From Balanoglossus misakiensis (Eukaryota > Animalia > Hemichordata): DNA of 64,000 nt. The DNA lies in contig JBECUI020000032.1 in NCBI GenBank assembly GCA_040954595.2, forward strand, positions 62,001 to 126,000. The letters are read 5' to 3'. This document shows positions 10,066 to 21,272 of the stretch, in pieces. The position numbers and the translations under genes were made by a program. Position 1 is the first letter of the stretch. Each line of letters starts with the position of its first letter. Below the pieces are notes generated by a model, which worked only from the letters and a program-made list of their open reading frames with translations, was not told the DNA's origin and ran no database searches.

Positions 10066-10422
10066 TAGTATTGTTTCCTCTAAATGAAATTGTGAGCAGA
10101 TTGACGCAGGAGCACAGACTACTTTTATACATAAAAAAGGAAAACTACAAGGTTATTCCCCAAATTACTTCATTCAAAACAAAAAAGATGATTTTTCTGT
10201 CAGTTCTGGAAAGGGCAGAAAAAAATGCCTGAGATTTCTTGGGAAAGCGAGAACAAGCAGCAAGGAGAAGACCACAACCATACAAAGTCTGTCCTTCCTA
10301 GAACCTAAGCAGCCCGTTGTATCCTATATGTTGCTCATGTTATACTAACAAAAGATAGGTTTGGCTGGAATCAAAATTTTGACAATTCCGGTTATCATAC
10401 GGAACTTAATCGGGAATATGCA

Positions 10423-10811
10423 ATGCTGACATTACAGAAAGAAGGCACTCGACTCTGTTTGGCCTTAGTAGCTACGGTGTTTTTGGGAGTATTGTGTCTC
10501 GAACCCACCATCAGCTTATGGAACTCACAACTATCATGCCCCTAGACACCTCATTACTCTATGAAGAGTCGGGCAACAAACAATCCAACACGGTGGTACT
10601 CCACAGCCAGGGCGGGCCTCAAGCTCACCTTTCTTTAACAAGTTTTAAGGATATGGATTTGAGCAAAGTTATCTATGCCTATGGAAGGCACGATGTAGCT
10701 GTTGGAAGTTTGACAGATGAAGAAGTTCGTTTTCTCGAAGAGCATAATGTGACTGTGTATTCTGTTGGTGATGATGCCAATAGGGCTGGAGGGCAACAGT
10801 ATGTTTCTTGA
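10423..10811 (+). pseudogene. Possible internally deleted alpha/beta-hydrolase remnant
   Basis: Signal-like 5' frame (MLTLQ...LALVATVFLGVLC); VVLHSQGGP and VIYAYGRHD resemble the HGGP and GxxD hydrolase motifs but are only about 25 aa apart. Confidence 0.35.
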
Positions 10812-11001
10812 GTCTCATAACAAGACACTCCGAGACATGTTGCTCCCCCAGCTCCAGAGGCTCAGCTTGACCTTTACTTCGGTTTTCAACCTGGGATTCC
10901 ATAAATAAAACCGATTTCCCTTGCTAAATTTCTAGGTATTCCTTAATTATGACTTATTAAGAAATAGGCTTATTAAAGGAACTAAAAAGAGGAGGAAATT
11001 T

Positions 11002-12811
11002 TTGAAAACAACAACCATTCCTGAACGTGGAAAAATTCCTGAGTCGGATAAATGGGATCTGAGGGATTTATTTTCTCACGACGATGCCTGGGAGGAAGGT
11101 TTAAAGACCTTAGATCTAGGCATACCTAAAATTATTACTTTTAAAGGCAGCCTTTCCAGCTCTGCCATAGCTCTGGGAGATTGCCTGAACTACGTGGTGA
11201 AAAATCTTGGAATTTTGGATGAGCGCCTGGGGTACTATACGATGCTCAGGAAAGACGAAGACCAGGGAGCGAGCAAAGCCCAGGGCAGGTATTCCCGCTA
11301 CCTCTCGGTAAGTACCCGCTTCGCCGCCGCCACCAGCTGGATGCATCCAGAAATCCTGGACATAGATCCTGCTGTCATGAAGGACTTTCTCAAGGATTCT
11401 GTTCTTAAAGATTATCGGATTTACCTGCACAAACTCCTCCGCTTCAGGCCCCACACCCTTTCTGCTAAGGAAGAAGCTCTGCTGGCCAAACAAATGGAAT
11501 TGATTCAAATACCCTCAAAGGCTTTTAATGTTCTTTCCAACGTGGATATGGTTTTTGGAACGGTTAAAACTTCCGAAGGAGAACAAACTCTTTCCCATAG
11601 CACTTACTCTTCTCTGCTTCAAAACAGGGATCGGTCAATTCGAGAAGTTGCTTATCGGAAGTTTTACGCAGAATTTGATAGGCATAAAAACATTCTAGCC
11701 GAACTCTATGCCGGCAGTGTGTTGCAAAAAAATATCTTGCCGAAATAAGGAACTACTCCTCTTCCCGAGCAGCAGCCCTTTTCCCGGACAAGGTTCCCGA
11801 AGCTGTTTATGAAAATTTGATAACTTCGGTTCACAGGAATCTTCCGATCCTTCATGACTACTACCGTCTCCGCCGGGAATTGCTGGGACTGAAGAAGGGG
11901 GAACTGCGTCCCTGGGATGTTTATGTCCCCTGGTGGACCAAGTCGAAACACACTACCCCTGGACTCAGGCCGTGGACTTGGTTTGTGAATCTTTAAGCCC
12001 TCTGGGAAGCGAGTACGTGGGATACTCTCCGCAAGGGTCTGGAGGGAGGATGGGTAGACCGCTACGAGAACAAAGGCAAGGCATCTGGCGCTTACAGTGC
12101 TGGGTCTTATACGGGCAATCCCTATATACTGATGAACTATAAGGAAGAAGTTCTGCGCGATGTCTTTACCCTGGCCCACGAGGGAGGACATTCCATGCAT
12201 TCCTGGTACAGCACGAGGAATAATCCCTTTGCTCACTACCAATATACAATCTTTGAAGCCGAGGTTGCCTCCACCTTCAACGAGATGCTTCTAGCCAAAA
12301 AAATAATCCAGGAAGCAAAAGAGGCAAAACTCAAGGCCTTTGTCATCGGCAGGAAAATGACGATATTATTGCTACAATTTATCGGCAAACCATGTTCGCC
12401 GAGTTTGAGAGGGATGTTCATGCCATGGCTGCGGACGGAAAGCCTCTTACCGTCGATATCCTTCGTTCAGTTTACTATAATCTTTTAAAGACATATTTTG
12501 GGAACGAAATGGTTTTTGAAAAAGTCAGCGATTTGGAATGCCTGCGTATTCCCCATTTTTACCGGGCCTTCTATGTTTATAAATATGCCACAGGTCTTTC
12601 CGCTGCCATGGCTCTGAGCCACAAGGTACTGCAGGGAGGAAGCGCCGAAAAAAACGCCTATCTTTCCTTCCTGAAATCTGGAGGGAGCCGCTATCCCCTG
12701 GAATCCCTGGCCCTGGCAGGAGAAGTGGATATGGCCTCTCCTGAACCAGTGGATATGGCTCTTGCAGAATTTTCCTCTCTGGTAAAAGAATGGAGAGCTC
12801 TGATGACCTGA
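11002..12811 (+). CDS. pepF: Oligoendopeptidase F (M3B), split by several frameshifts
   Basis: WDLRDLF, GWVDRYENKGKASGAYS, TLAHEGGHSMH, AEVASTFNE, RIPHFYRAFYVYKYATG spread over several frames. Confidence 0.9.
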
Positions 12812-12830
12812 AGGCAATCTTCGAAGGTTA

Positions 12831-12864
12831 GCCCCTGGGATTTACTTTGACCTGTTCCAGGGGC
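12831..12864. terminator. GC-rich hairpin after pepF
   Basis: GCCCCTGG...CCAGGGGC inverted repeat 20 nt after the stop; weak U-tract. Confidence 0.4.
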
Positions 12865-12933
12865 ATCTTGCTTGATTTTCCCATTAAGTAAAATATACTA
12901 GACTGATTCCCCCCAGGAGGCTAAGATAAACTC

Positions 12934-14208
12934 GTGCTGGATTACCGCTTTATTAAAGAAAATCTTCAGGTTGTACAAGACAACATTGCCTTACGTTCCA
13001 TGACCACCGATGCCGCAGAGGTGGTCCGGCTTTACGATACCCTCAATGCTCTGAACCAAAAAATAGAGAAACTGCGCCGAAAACGGAATGAAAATACTAA
13101 GGCAATGAAGTCTGGGCTAGAACCTGAAAAACGCCAGGTTCTCATTGAAATAGGTAGACGGCTTAAAGAAGACATTGCTGCCAGTGAGGCAGAAGCAGAA
13201 GGATACAGGATCCATCTGGAAGATTCAGGAAGCCGCATCCCAAACCGTACCCACCCTGATGCCCCAGTAGGCAAAGAAGACAAGGACAATGTGGTACTCA
13301 GACAGGTGGGAGAAAAACCAGAGTTCGATTTCCCGGTCCTGGATCACCTGGAACTTGCCGAAAGTCTGGACCTCGTGAATTTTGAAACCGCTGCCAAGGT
13401 TGCAGGGAGTAAGTTTTATTACCTCCGTAATCAGGCTGTTTTTCTGGAACTGGCTCTGACCCGCTTTGCCCTGGACATTCTTCAAAAACACGACTTTACT
13501 CCCATGCTGACCCCAGATATTGCCAGAGAAGAAATTGCCGCCGGCATAGGTTTCCAGCCCAGGGGAGAAGAATCCAATACCTACGTACTAGAGAACACCA
13601 ATACATGCCTGGTGGGCACAGCAGAAATTACCCTGGGAGGCTATCATGCCGGAGAGATTCTTGACATTTCTTCCAAACCCGTTTTTCTGGCTGGACTTTC
13701 CCACTGTTTCCGCCGGGAGGCCGGGGCCGCAGGACAATATTCCCGGGGACTTTATCGAGTCCACCAGTTCACCAAGGTAGAAATGTTCGCCTATTGTCGG
13801 GAAGAAGATTCCGAAAAGCTTCATCAAAAATTGCTGTCCATAGAAGAAGAAATTTTTTCTTCTATGGGCCTACCTTATCGAGTGGTTGACATCTGCACAG
13901 GCGATATGGGAGCCCCGGCTTACCGCAAGTTTGACCTGGAGGTCTGGATGCCTGGGCGAGATGATTGGGGTGAGGTGACCAGCGTTTCCAACTGCACCGA
14001 TTTCCAATCCCGACGTCTGGGAATCCGCTACAGAGACGAGAACGGAAAAATGCGTTTTGCCCATACCCTCAATGGCACTGCCATCGCTGTTTCCCGGGCA
14101 ATCGTTGCTTTATTAGAGAATGGGCAACAGGCCAACGGCTCAGTACGTATTCCCTCCGTTCTGGTTCCTTACTGCGGTTTCTCTATTATCGAAAAGGGGC
14201 TGAAATGA
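12934..14208 (+). CDS. serS: Serine--tRNA ligase
   Basis: GTAEITL, CFRREAGAAG, GLYRVHQFTKVEM, SNCTDFQSRR, HTLNGTA. Confidence 0.98.
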   Translation: MLDYRFIKENLQVVQDNIALRSMTTDAAEVVRLYDTLNALNQKIEKLRRKRNENTKAMKSGLEPEKRQVLIEIGRRLKEDIAASEAEAEGYRIHLEDSGSRIPNRTHPDAPVGKEDKDNVVLRQVGEKPEFDFPVLDHLELAESLDLVNFETAAKVAGSKFYYLRNQAVFLELALTRFALDILQKHDFTPMLTPDIAREEIAAGIGFQPRGEESNTYVLENTNTCLVGTAEITLGGYHAGEILDISSKPVFLAGLSHCFRREAGAAGQYSRGLYRVHQFTKVEMFAYCREEDSEKLHQKLLSIEEEIFSSMGLPYRVVDICTGDMGAPAYRKFDLEVWMPGRDDWGEVTSVSNCTDFQSRRLGIRYRDENGKMRFAHTLNGTAIAVSRAIVALLENGQQANGSVRIPSVLVPYCGFSIIEKGLK

Positions 14209-14603
14209 AGATTAAATTTGATATGATTGGCATTTTTGTCAACGATCTTCTCACAATGGTGAACTTTTACAAAAATGTTATCGGTCTGGATTTTGAAGGG
14301 GAAGTCGATGGACCTTATGCAGAGTTCCGTCATGAGGGAATCCGTTTTTCCTTATTTGAACGAAAAGAGATGGCCAAGCTTATGAAGCCGGAACTTTCCT
14401 TTCCTGTAGGGCTTAACGGCACTTTTGAACTAGCCATCGACGTCGAGACGCCCCAGGAAGTGGATAAAACTTTTAAAAGGATGGTAGAGGCCGGAGCCAG
14501 GCCCATCTATGAGCCCAGAGATGAGCCATGGAATTTACGTTCTGCAATGATTGCCGACCCTGAGGGGAACCTGATTGAGCTGGCATCGAATTTCTCAGAA
14601 TAG
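14205..14603 (+). CDS. VOC/glyoxalase family protein
   Basis: IGIFVNDL...FYKNVIG, PRDEPWNLRSAMIADPEGNLIEL; 4-nt overlap with serS. Confidence 0.9.
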   Translation: MKIKFDMIGIFVNDLLTMVNFYKNVIGLDFEGEVDGPYAEFRHEGIRFSLFERKEMAKLMKPELSFPVGLNGTFELAIDVETPQEVDKTFKRMVEAGARPIYEPRDEPWNLRSAMIADPEGNLIELASNFSE

Positions 14604-14625
14604 TCTCCCGGGGCCTTGCTGATAA

Positions 14626-15768
14626 GTGGCTTCAATGCTGCACCCTGCCTCCTCCTTCTCCCCGCCCCCAGGCTGTCCGGCCATAGCCGAGCTGGGAACC
14701 TCCCACAAGGGTGACCTGGTAAGGGCCCGAGAACTTGTTGATGCCGCCGCCGACGCCGGAGCCTGGGCCGTAAAGGTTCAAATATTCTATGCCGAAGAAA
14801 TCCTTCCAAAAAATTCCGGATTGGTACCCCTACCCGGCGGTCCGGTTCCTCTCTATCAGGAATTCCTGAAGATACAAGAAACTACCCTGGGAAGAGATGC
14901 TCCTTCATTCTATGCCGATCTCCAAAGCTATGCCCACTCTCGGGGGCTGGTCTTTCTGGGCTCTGCCTTTGGCCCTCACAGTGCCGATAAACTAGCTGAG
15001 CTGGGAGTTCCAGCGTTCAAAATTGCATCTCCAGAACTTAACTACCTTTCTCTGCTACGTCACCTGGCCAGATACAGGCGCCCTCTGATCCTTTCTACAG
15101 GAGTCTCCCGGCTGGGAGATATTGAGGAGGCCCTGCTGGTGATTCAAGAGACTCAACCAGATCTGGAAATCGTGCTGCTTCACTGCCTTACGGTCTATCC
15201 TGCCCCTCTTGAAGAAGCAAATATTCGAGTCATTCCTTTTCTTTCGAATATTTTCGGCCTTCAGGTGGGCTTCTCCGATCATTCTTTGGACCCCGTCCTT
15301 CTGCCTTCCTTAGCCTCTGCCATGGGTGCCAGGATGCTGGAGAAACACTTGACCCTGGACAAAAATTCGGGGGGTCTGGATGATCTTGTGGCTTTGAGAC
15401 CTCAAGACTTTGCTTTGATGACCAAAAGCCTGAACGAATGTGCTGGTATCGGGGAATTTGAGGTTTTGGCCCGTCTGCGATCCGCCTATCCTTTGACCTT
15501 GCTCAAAACGGCCCTAGGTGATGGCGTAAAACGTCTGGCCCCGTCGGAAAAGAAAAACTACCTCCGCAGCAATCGCAGCCTCCATGCCCTGAAAGATCTT
15601 TCTCCGGGAACTCGGATTAGTCTTGAAAACACTGCCTGTCTCCGAACAGAGAAAAACCTTAAGCCGGGTATCCTTCCCAGGGACCTGCCCCAAGTGATGG
15701 GGCGTCGGCTGACTCAAGGGGTCTCTGCAGGAGAAGGAATTTGTTGGGATGATTTTCTTACATTGTAA
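14626..15768 (+). CDS. N-acetylneuraminate synthase (NeuB/SpsE/PseI) family with C-terminal SAF domain
   Basis: AIAELGTSHKGD, AVKVQ, FKIASPE, ILSTG, LLHC..YP, GFSDHS, LEKHLTLD. Confidence 0.9.
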   Translation: MASMLHPASSFSPPPGCPAIAELGTSHKGDLVRARELVDAAADAGAWAVKVQIFYAEEILPKNSGLVPLPGGPVPLYQEFLKIQETTLGRDAPSFYADLQSYAHSRGLVFLGSAFGPHSADKLAELGVPAFKIASPELNYLSLLRHLARYRRPLILSTGVSRLGDIEEALLVIQETQPDLEIVLLHCLTVYPAPLEEANIRVIPFLSNIFGLQVGFSDHSLDPVLLPSLASAMGARMLEKHLTLDKNSGGLDDLVALRPQDFALMTKSLNECAGIGEFEVLARLRSAYPLTLLKTALGDGVKRLAPSEKKNYLRSNRSLHALKDLSPGTRISLENTACLRTEKNLKPGILPRDLPQVMGRRLTQGVSAGEGICWDDFLTL

Positions 15769-16065
15769 AAAACTGTAAAAACCACCTGTCCTTTTTGCTC
15801 TTACCTGCTTTTCCAAAGTTTCATCCAGAAGCAAAGGTGATTCTCGAAAATCTTGCCAGTTTTTTCTTGGAGGGCGACTACCCCCTACCGGTAGGAGGCA
15901 TGGCTAACCTTTCGGGAAAAGTTGTAGGGCATCTCAGGAGCCTGCAGAAAAGAGATTCTTTCAGGAATATGGGTAAAATTATGGAATTGAGAGATGTGAA
16001 AAGAAGAATCTTCATTTCACATCTCTACACACACCTTGTCCATCAAGAGACTTTCTGTCAGCCAG

Positions 16066-16263
16066 CTAGTTAACCAGGCTTCCGGGATACCCAGCTTTTT
16101 CCAAAGCCGAAAGAATTTCTCCAGATGGCCGTTCACTCTCAGTTTTGACAATCTTGGACTCTTGGTCCACATGAATGGATTGACACAAGCTCGAAATAGC
16201 TGCTTCGATTCGCATCTTACAGTGCTCACAGTTCATACTAGGAAGATGAATTTCATACGTCAT
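16066..16263 (-). CDS. Heavy-metal-associated (CopZ-like) chaperone
   Basis: MNCEHC (MxCxxC) and LEKAGY. Confidence 0.85.
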   Translation of the reverse strand: MTYEIHLPSMNCEHCKMRIEAAISSLCQSIHVDQESKIVKTESERPSGEILSALEKAGYPGSLVN

Positions 16264-16393
16264 TATACCCTCCTTATTTATGGCCTAAAGTAATGAGTAA
16301 ATCTAATTCCATATCAAAAATTTTTCTTTTAAAAAAAAGTGCAGACCTCCCCTCAGGTTCATCGGGTCAAATTTCTGCTTTGTCATTTTAACA

Positions 16394-16422
16394 TTGACTA
16401 TGTCATTTTTTCAAGTTATATT
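16394..16422 (+). promoter_or_regulatory. Sigma70-type promoter for the ZIP gene, with a short palindrome over the -35
   Basis: TTGACT-N17-TATATT; TGACtatGTCA overlaps the -35. Confidence 0.5.
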
Positions 16423-16458
16423 GTGAGAAAAATATTTATTCCCCTGAAAGAGTCCTAT

Positions 16459-17278
16459 ATGCTCATTGAATGGTTTACTAATTTGGATCATATTCTCCAA
16501 GCCCTAATCGCAACCCTGTTTACCTGGGGGGTTACTGCTTTAGGGGCGGGGATGGTTTTCTTTTTCAAGACAATCAATCAGAAAGTTCTTGATACAACGC
16601 TAGGCTTTGCCGCTGGTGTAATGATTGCGGCCAGTTATTGGTCCCTCCTGGCTCCCTCCATTGAATTATCTGAGCACCTTGGAAGGACTCCACCCTGGGT
16701 GCCTGCTGCCGTAGGTTTTCTCCTGGGGGGTCTCTTCCTTCGAATTTCCGACAGACTTCTGCCTCACCTCCATCTTGATATGCCAAGAAACAAGGCCGAA
16801 GGCCCTAAAACCAGCTGGCAAAGAAGCATCCTTTTGGTTTTAGCAATTACACTTCATAACATTCCCGAAGGTCTGGCCCATAGGGGTGGCTTTTGGCGCC
16901 CTGCAAGCAGGACTTCCCAGTGCCAGCCTTGCTGGAGCCTTGACCCTGGCTTTAGGTATTGGTATCCAAAATTTCCCTGAGGGAATGGCTGTTGCTGTTC
17001 CTCTGCGTCGGGAGGGGCTGTCCAGAAAGAGATGTTTTTTCTATGGCCAGATTTCTGGAATTGTGGAGCCTATATCGGGGGTTTTGGGTGCCATGTTGGT
17101 CATCTTTATTCAGCCTATTCTTCCCTATGCCCTATCTTTTGCTGCCGGAGCCATGATTTACGTAGTTATTGAAGAGCTCATACCCGAAACTCACGAACAT
17201 AAGAACATCGATATGGCTACTATGGGAACCATGCTAGGCTTCACCGTGATGATGATTTTGGATGTTGCGTTGGGCTGA
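16459..17278 (+). CDS. ZIP family metal transporter (GufA/ZupT-like), frameshift near 16880
   Basis: [56 protein letters not shown]. Confidence 0.92.
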
Positions 17279-17318
17279 TGCTTCTGGGTCTCCAGGCAAA
17301 GAACTTTCTCGACTGCTT

Positions 17319-18017
17319 TTAATTGCGTTCTGTTCCTTCTTGTTTATTCTTTTTTCTTATTTTCTGCAGTAGAACTGGAATAAGGCTCAGCAGAGAAAGC
17401 AGTCCTAAGGCCACAAAAAGTTGCCAGGGTGCTCCTTGCTCCAAAGAGGCTCCGGCATAGCCAAGCCAGGCGTAAGCAAAGGATCCTGGAATGATGCCCA
17501 AGGCGGTAGTCCAGAAGTAGGTAAAGGGGCGAATTGTTGTGACTCCAGCAAAAAGATTGACCAAAAAGAAGGGGAAGAGGGGAACAAGACGCAAAACAAG
17601 CATGTAGTTGGGACCATTCTTTTCTATTTCTTGATTGAACCTGTTCAGTTTTTCGCCATATTTGTGTTGTATAGCATCGCCTAAAAAGTAACGGGCTACC
17701 AAAAAGACAAGGAAGGCTCCCAGTGTTGCTCCTACGTTAATGAAAATAGTAGCCAGCCAGGGCCCAAAGAAAAAACCTCCCAACATGGTAAGGATTAAGG
17801 CACCGGGAATGGAAAGAGCAACAAAAATTATATAAACACCAATGAAGACCAACACGGCAGCGATGTAATACTGTTGCACCATCTTTAGAAGACTGTTGCG
17901 GTTCTCAAAAAACACTTCCAAGTCAATAAGTTCTCTCAGGGGAGTCAGAAACCAGACAAGCAGTAGAGAGCTTAAAAGAATGGCAAGAATAATCAGACGT
18001 TTACTAAACTTATTCAT
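17319..18017 (-). CDS. TVP38/TMEM64 (DedA/VTT) family membrane protein
   Basis: SIPGALILTMLGGFFFG, LRLVPLFPFFLVN, TALGIIPGS. Confidence 0.9.
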   Translation of the reverse strand: MNKFSKRLIILAILLSSLLLVWFLTPLRELIDLEVFFENRNSLLKMVQQYYIAAVLVFIGVYIIFVALSIPGALILTMLGGFFFGPWLATIFINVGATLGAFLVFLVARYFLGDAIQHKYGEKLNRFNQEIEKNGPNYMLVLRLVPLFPFFLVNLFAGVTTIRPFTYFWTTALGIIPGSFAYAWLGYAGASLEQGAPWQLFVALGLLSLLSLIPVLLQKIRKKNKQEGTERN

Positions 18018-18105
18018 AAGTCGAGATTGACTTTCAAGGACCTAAAGTCCCAGAATTTGAAGCTCTCCTCCCCAAGTCAGGAAATAATAATCGTCAAAAA
18101 AACTG

Positions 18106-18921
18106 TTATTTTTTGCTGCACAGCCAGGAAAATAGAACGGCAAGCAAAAAGAACACCGTAAGGATCAGAACAATGACCGGCCCCGAAGCTAGGTCGATAT
18201 AGTAAGAAATGTAAAAACCCAAAACCGTCGCCCCCAGAGCCAAGATAACAGAAAGGACAACTGTCTGTTCCAGATTCCGGGAAAGAAAGGATGCTGCAGC
18301 ACCGGGAGTCACCAGGAGAGCCAGAACCAACACAATTCCCACAACCTGTATGGCAACCACTATGGTAAGGGCTAACAGTCCAAGAAGAAGATAACGCACC
18401 AGCCCTGGAGAAAGACCTATGGCGGCAGCATGTGCTGGATCAAAAGAAGCGGTGGTCAATTCTTTATAGGTAAAAACAACAGAAACCAAAACAGTGATGG
18501 CAATACCGACCATAACCCAAAGGTCGGTGGGAGAAACCCCTAGAATATTGCCAAATAAAATATGGTTTAGATCGCTAAATGTGGCTATGCGACTCATCAT
18601 AACAATGCCTAGAGCAAAAAAACCAGCAAAGATAACCCCTATGGCGGCATCTTCGCTAAGTTTTCCCCGTTGAGAAATAATCCCAATGCCTAAAACAGCC
18701 AGTAAGGCTGCTACCAAGGCCCCTAAAGCAAGGCTGACCCCCAGGACAAAGGCCACAACTATCCCAGGCAAAATGGCATGAGCCAGGGCATCTCCCATAA
18801 AAGACAGCTTTCTCCAAACCACAAAGGGACTCAAGACAGCACAGGCCATTGCTGCAAGAATTCCACCGAGTAGACCTCGGAGTATGAAGCTGTAAGCTAG
18901 AGGGGCTAGGAAGAATTCCAT
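18106..18921 (-). CDS. Zn/Mn ABC transporter permease
   Basis: SFMGDALAHAILPG, ILFGNILGV, VGIVLVLALLVTPGAAA. Confidence 0.93.
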   Translation of the reverse strand: MEFFLAPLAYSFILRGLLGGILAAMACAVLSPFVVWRKLSFMGDALAHAILPGIVVAFVLGVSLALGALVAALLAVLGIGIISQRGKLSEDAAIGVIFAGFFALGIVMMSRIATFSDLNHILFGNILGVSPTDLWVMVGIAITVLVSVVFTYKELTTASFDPAHAAAIGLSPGLVRYLLLGLLALTIVVAIQVVGIVLVLALLVTPGAAASFLSRNLEQTVVLSVILALGATVLGFYISYYIDLASGPVIVLILTVFFLLAVLFSWLCSKK

Positions 18922-19715
18922 GGTTGGTAATTTTTGTGAAATTCAAATCCGTAGGCCCGGGCAATAGTTTCGGGAGTCAGCACCTCTTTGAGGGGACCAT
19001 CGGCAATGATGCGCCGATCCAGAAACAGGGCCCGCGAAAAATGCATTGTGAGTACGCCCAAATCATGGGTACTCACAAGAACCGCCTTATTCTGAAAGGT
19101 AAGCCGTTCCAAGGTATGAAAGATGAGTTCCTGGGTAGAAAGATCCACATGGTTAAGAGGTTCGTCCAGCAACAAGAGATCGGCATCATGAGCAAGGGTA
19201 CGAGCCAACATGACCCTCTGTTGCTGTCCGCCCGAAAGATCTCCAACCAGGCGATCTGCTAAGTCGGTAATTTTCATGATCTCCATAGCCGCCTCTACCG
19301 CCTCCCTGTCTTCGTCGCAGGGAGATTTAAACCAGCCCAGATGCACATAACGGCCCATCATAACAACCTGACGTACCGTAAGGGGGAAACGCCAGTCCAC
19401 ATCGCTGCGTTGAGGAATCACCGCCGCCCGATGCTTGCATCGAAAAGAAGGATGACCAAAGACCTTTATATTCCCATGCTTTAATTTCTCCCTACCGAGA
19501 ATCAGCTTTAACAGGGTGGATTTTCCCGCTCCGTTGGGACCGACAAGAGCCACCCTTTCTCCTGGCTGAATACTGAAGGATACCTGCTTCAGGACTTCTT
19601 GGGAAACTTGTGGATAACGAAAACTCACACCATGGCATTCTAAGGCAGGTGAATCAGGTAAAGGGGGAAGTTTACACAACCCGCCGTAATGGAGAGCATC
19701 TCTTAGTCTGGGCAT
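18906..19715 (-). CDS. Zn/Mn ABC transporter ATP-binding protein
   Basis: GPNGAGKST, VPQ-like IPQRSDVDWRFPLTV, LSGGQQQR, LLLDEP. Confidence 0.93.
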   Translation of the reverse strand: MPRLRDALHYGGLCKLPPLPDSPALECHGVSFRYPQVSQEVLKQVSFSIQPGERVALVGPNGAGKSTLLKLILGREKLKHGNIKVFGHPSFRCKHRAAVIPQRSDVDWRFPLTVRQVVMMGRYVHLGWFKSPCDEDREAVEAAMEIMKITDLADRLVGDLSGGQQQRVMLARTLAHDADLLLLDEPLNHVDLSTQELIFHTLERLTFQNKAVLVSTHDLGVLTMHFSRALFLDRRIIADGPLKEVLTPETIARAYGFEFHKNYQPWNSS

Positions 19716-19727
19716 CCTTCTATTACC

Positions 19728-20663
19728 TTATTTTTTTCCTTGAAGGGATTCCAGAATTTTTGTGGTATTGTAACGGATGAAGTCCAAATAACTGTCTCCA
19801 CGCTCCCCTAAAGGAGCCAGAGAACCGGTAAGAAGTTCCACAACAGCAATGTTGCCACCAATCTCCCGGGCGACAGTATCCATCATGGAACGCAAGCTGC
19901 GGCTGATTGTATCGCCGACAAAGAGAACCCGAATGTCCCGCCTTCTCACCGTATCAATAATCCGGGCCAGATCCTGGGCAGAGGGCTCGGCCTGATCACT
20001 AAAAGAGGGGATAAGATTGTCGATGATCTCAAAGTCATAATCCCGGGCAAAATAACTCAACGTAGCATGATCCATCACAAGCATACGGTTCTTCGGGGAT
20101 ATGGAACTTAGACTCTGTTGAATCCAATCATCCAGGACTTTTAGTTTGGCTATGTAGACCTCAGTATTTTTTTCATACTCCTCAGAATTTTCAGGATCAG
20201 CACTAATCAAGGCTTGCTTAATGTTTTGAGTCCAAATTATGACATTTTGGGGAGAGAACCAAACATGGGGATCCTCACCGCCATGGTCCTCATCCCATAA
20301 AGGGTCCAATCCCCTTGAAACTGATTCGATGGCAGTAAGATTTATTCCTTTCAAGATGTCTACCAAGGTCTCTTCCAGATCAAAACCATTAATGAAAATC
20401 AGATCTCCCCGTTGCAACTCAGACATGATTCGGGGAGATGGTTTGTAGGAATGCGGAGTCTGGCCTCTGGGAAAAAGGACAGTAAGGCTCCCAACTTCGC
20501 CAAGGACCTGTTGCACCACATCTCCAAGAATACTGGTAGTGGCATAAACCCGAAGTTCTTCTTGATCTGGAACAACTTTGGAATCTCCAAATAAAGGTAG
20601 CCTTCCAAAAAAAAGAACAGAAAAAAGAAAAAATCCCCTTATCACAATCTGATTACTCTTCAT
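19728..20663 (-). CDS. Zn/Mn ABC substrate-binding protein (ZnuA/TroA family)
   Basis: PHSYKPSP, NGFDLE, DPHVWFSP, DHATLSYFARDY, EPSAQD. Confidence 0.92.
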   Translation of the reverse strand: MKSNQIVIRGFFLFSVLFFGRLPLFGDSKVVPDQEELRVYATTSILGDVVQQVLGEVGSLTVLFPRGQTPHSYKPSPRIMSELQRGDLIFINGFDLEETLVDILKGINLTAIESVSRGLDPLWDEDHGGEDPHVWFSPQNVIIWTQNIKQALISADPENSEEYEKNTEVYIAKLKVLDDWIQQSLSSISPKNRMLVMDHATLSYFARDYDFEIIDNLIPSFSDQAEPSAQDLARIIDTVRRRDIRVLFVGDTISRSLRSMMDTVAREIGGNIAVVELLTGSLAPLGERGDSYLDFIRYNTTKILESLQGKK

Positions 20664-20672
20664 ATTAATTCC

Positions 20673-21266
20673 TCAAGCCAATGTTCCAGATGCTAGGGTT
20701 CTCTTAAGAAACCAACGATGCATTCTGTCGTCCCGGGTAAGTTCGGGATGAAAACTCATAGCAACAACAGCTCCCTGTTTAAGGACAACAGGACTATCCT
20801 TGTAGGAGGCCAGGACTTCCACCCCCGCTCCCACATGAATAACCCTTGGAGCCCGGATAAATACCCCTGGGAAGGAAATACTCCCCAGAACGGGAATATC
20901 CAACTCAGCCTCAAAACTATTTATTTGACGTCCATAGGCGTTTCGTTCAACACTAATATCAAGAAAAGCAAACCTGGGTAGTGTCTCCCAACCTTGAATA
21001 TGCCGGGCAAGAAGGATAAGACCTGCACAGGTAGCCAAAAACGGACAACCCTGATCCAGCATACTCTTTATAGGTTCCAGGAGTTTCCATGCCATGAGCA
21101 TTTTACTCATGGTGGTACTTTCCCCCCCAGGAAGAATCATGCCCCCCAGGCCCTTAAGATCTGAAGGGGTTCTGACTTCCCGGGCCTTAACACCGCAACG
21201 TTCAAGCAACATCATATGACGGGAAAAATCACCTTGTAAAGCCAAGACTCCCCAAGAAATGCTCAT
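20673..21266 (-). CDS. pdxT: Pyridoxal 5'-phosphate synthase glutaminase subunit
   Basis: GVLALQG, PGGESTT, TCAGLILL, RNAYGRQ, FIRAP, FHPEL. Confidence 0.97.
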   Translation of the reverse strand: MSISWGVLALQGDFSRHMMLLERCGVKAREVRTPSDLKGLGGMILPGGESTTMSKMLMAWKLLEPIKSMLDQGCPFLATCAGLILLARHIQGWETLPRFAFLDISVERNAYGRQINSFEAELDIPVLGSISFPGVFIRAPRVIHVGAGVEVLASYKDSPVVLKQGAVVAMSFHPELTRDDRMHRWFLKRTLASGTLA

Positions 21267-21272
21267 TCTCTT

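Noticed and set aside
11002-12811. Programmed ribosomal frameshifting in pepF (and likewise nadE)
   Set aside because: Several scattered shifts per gene fit sequencing indels better
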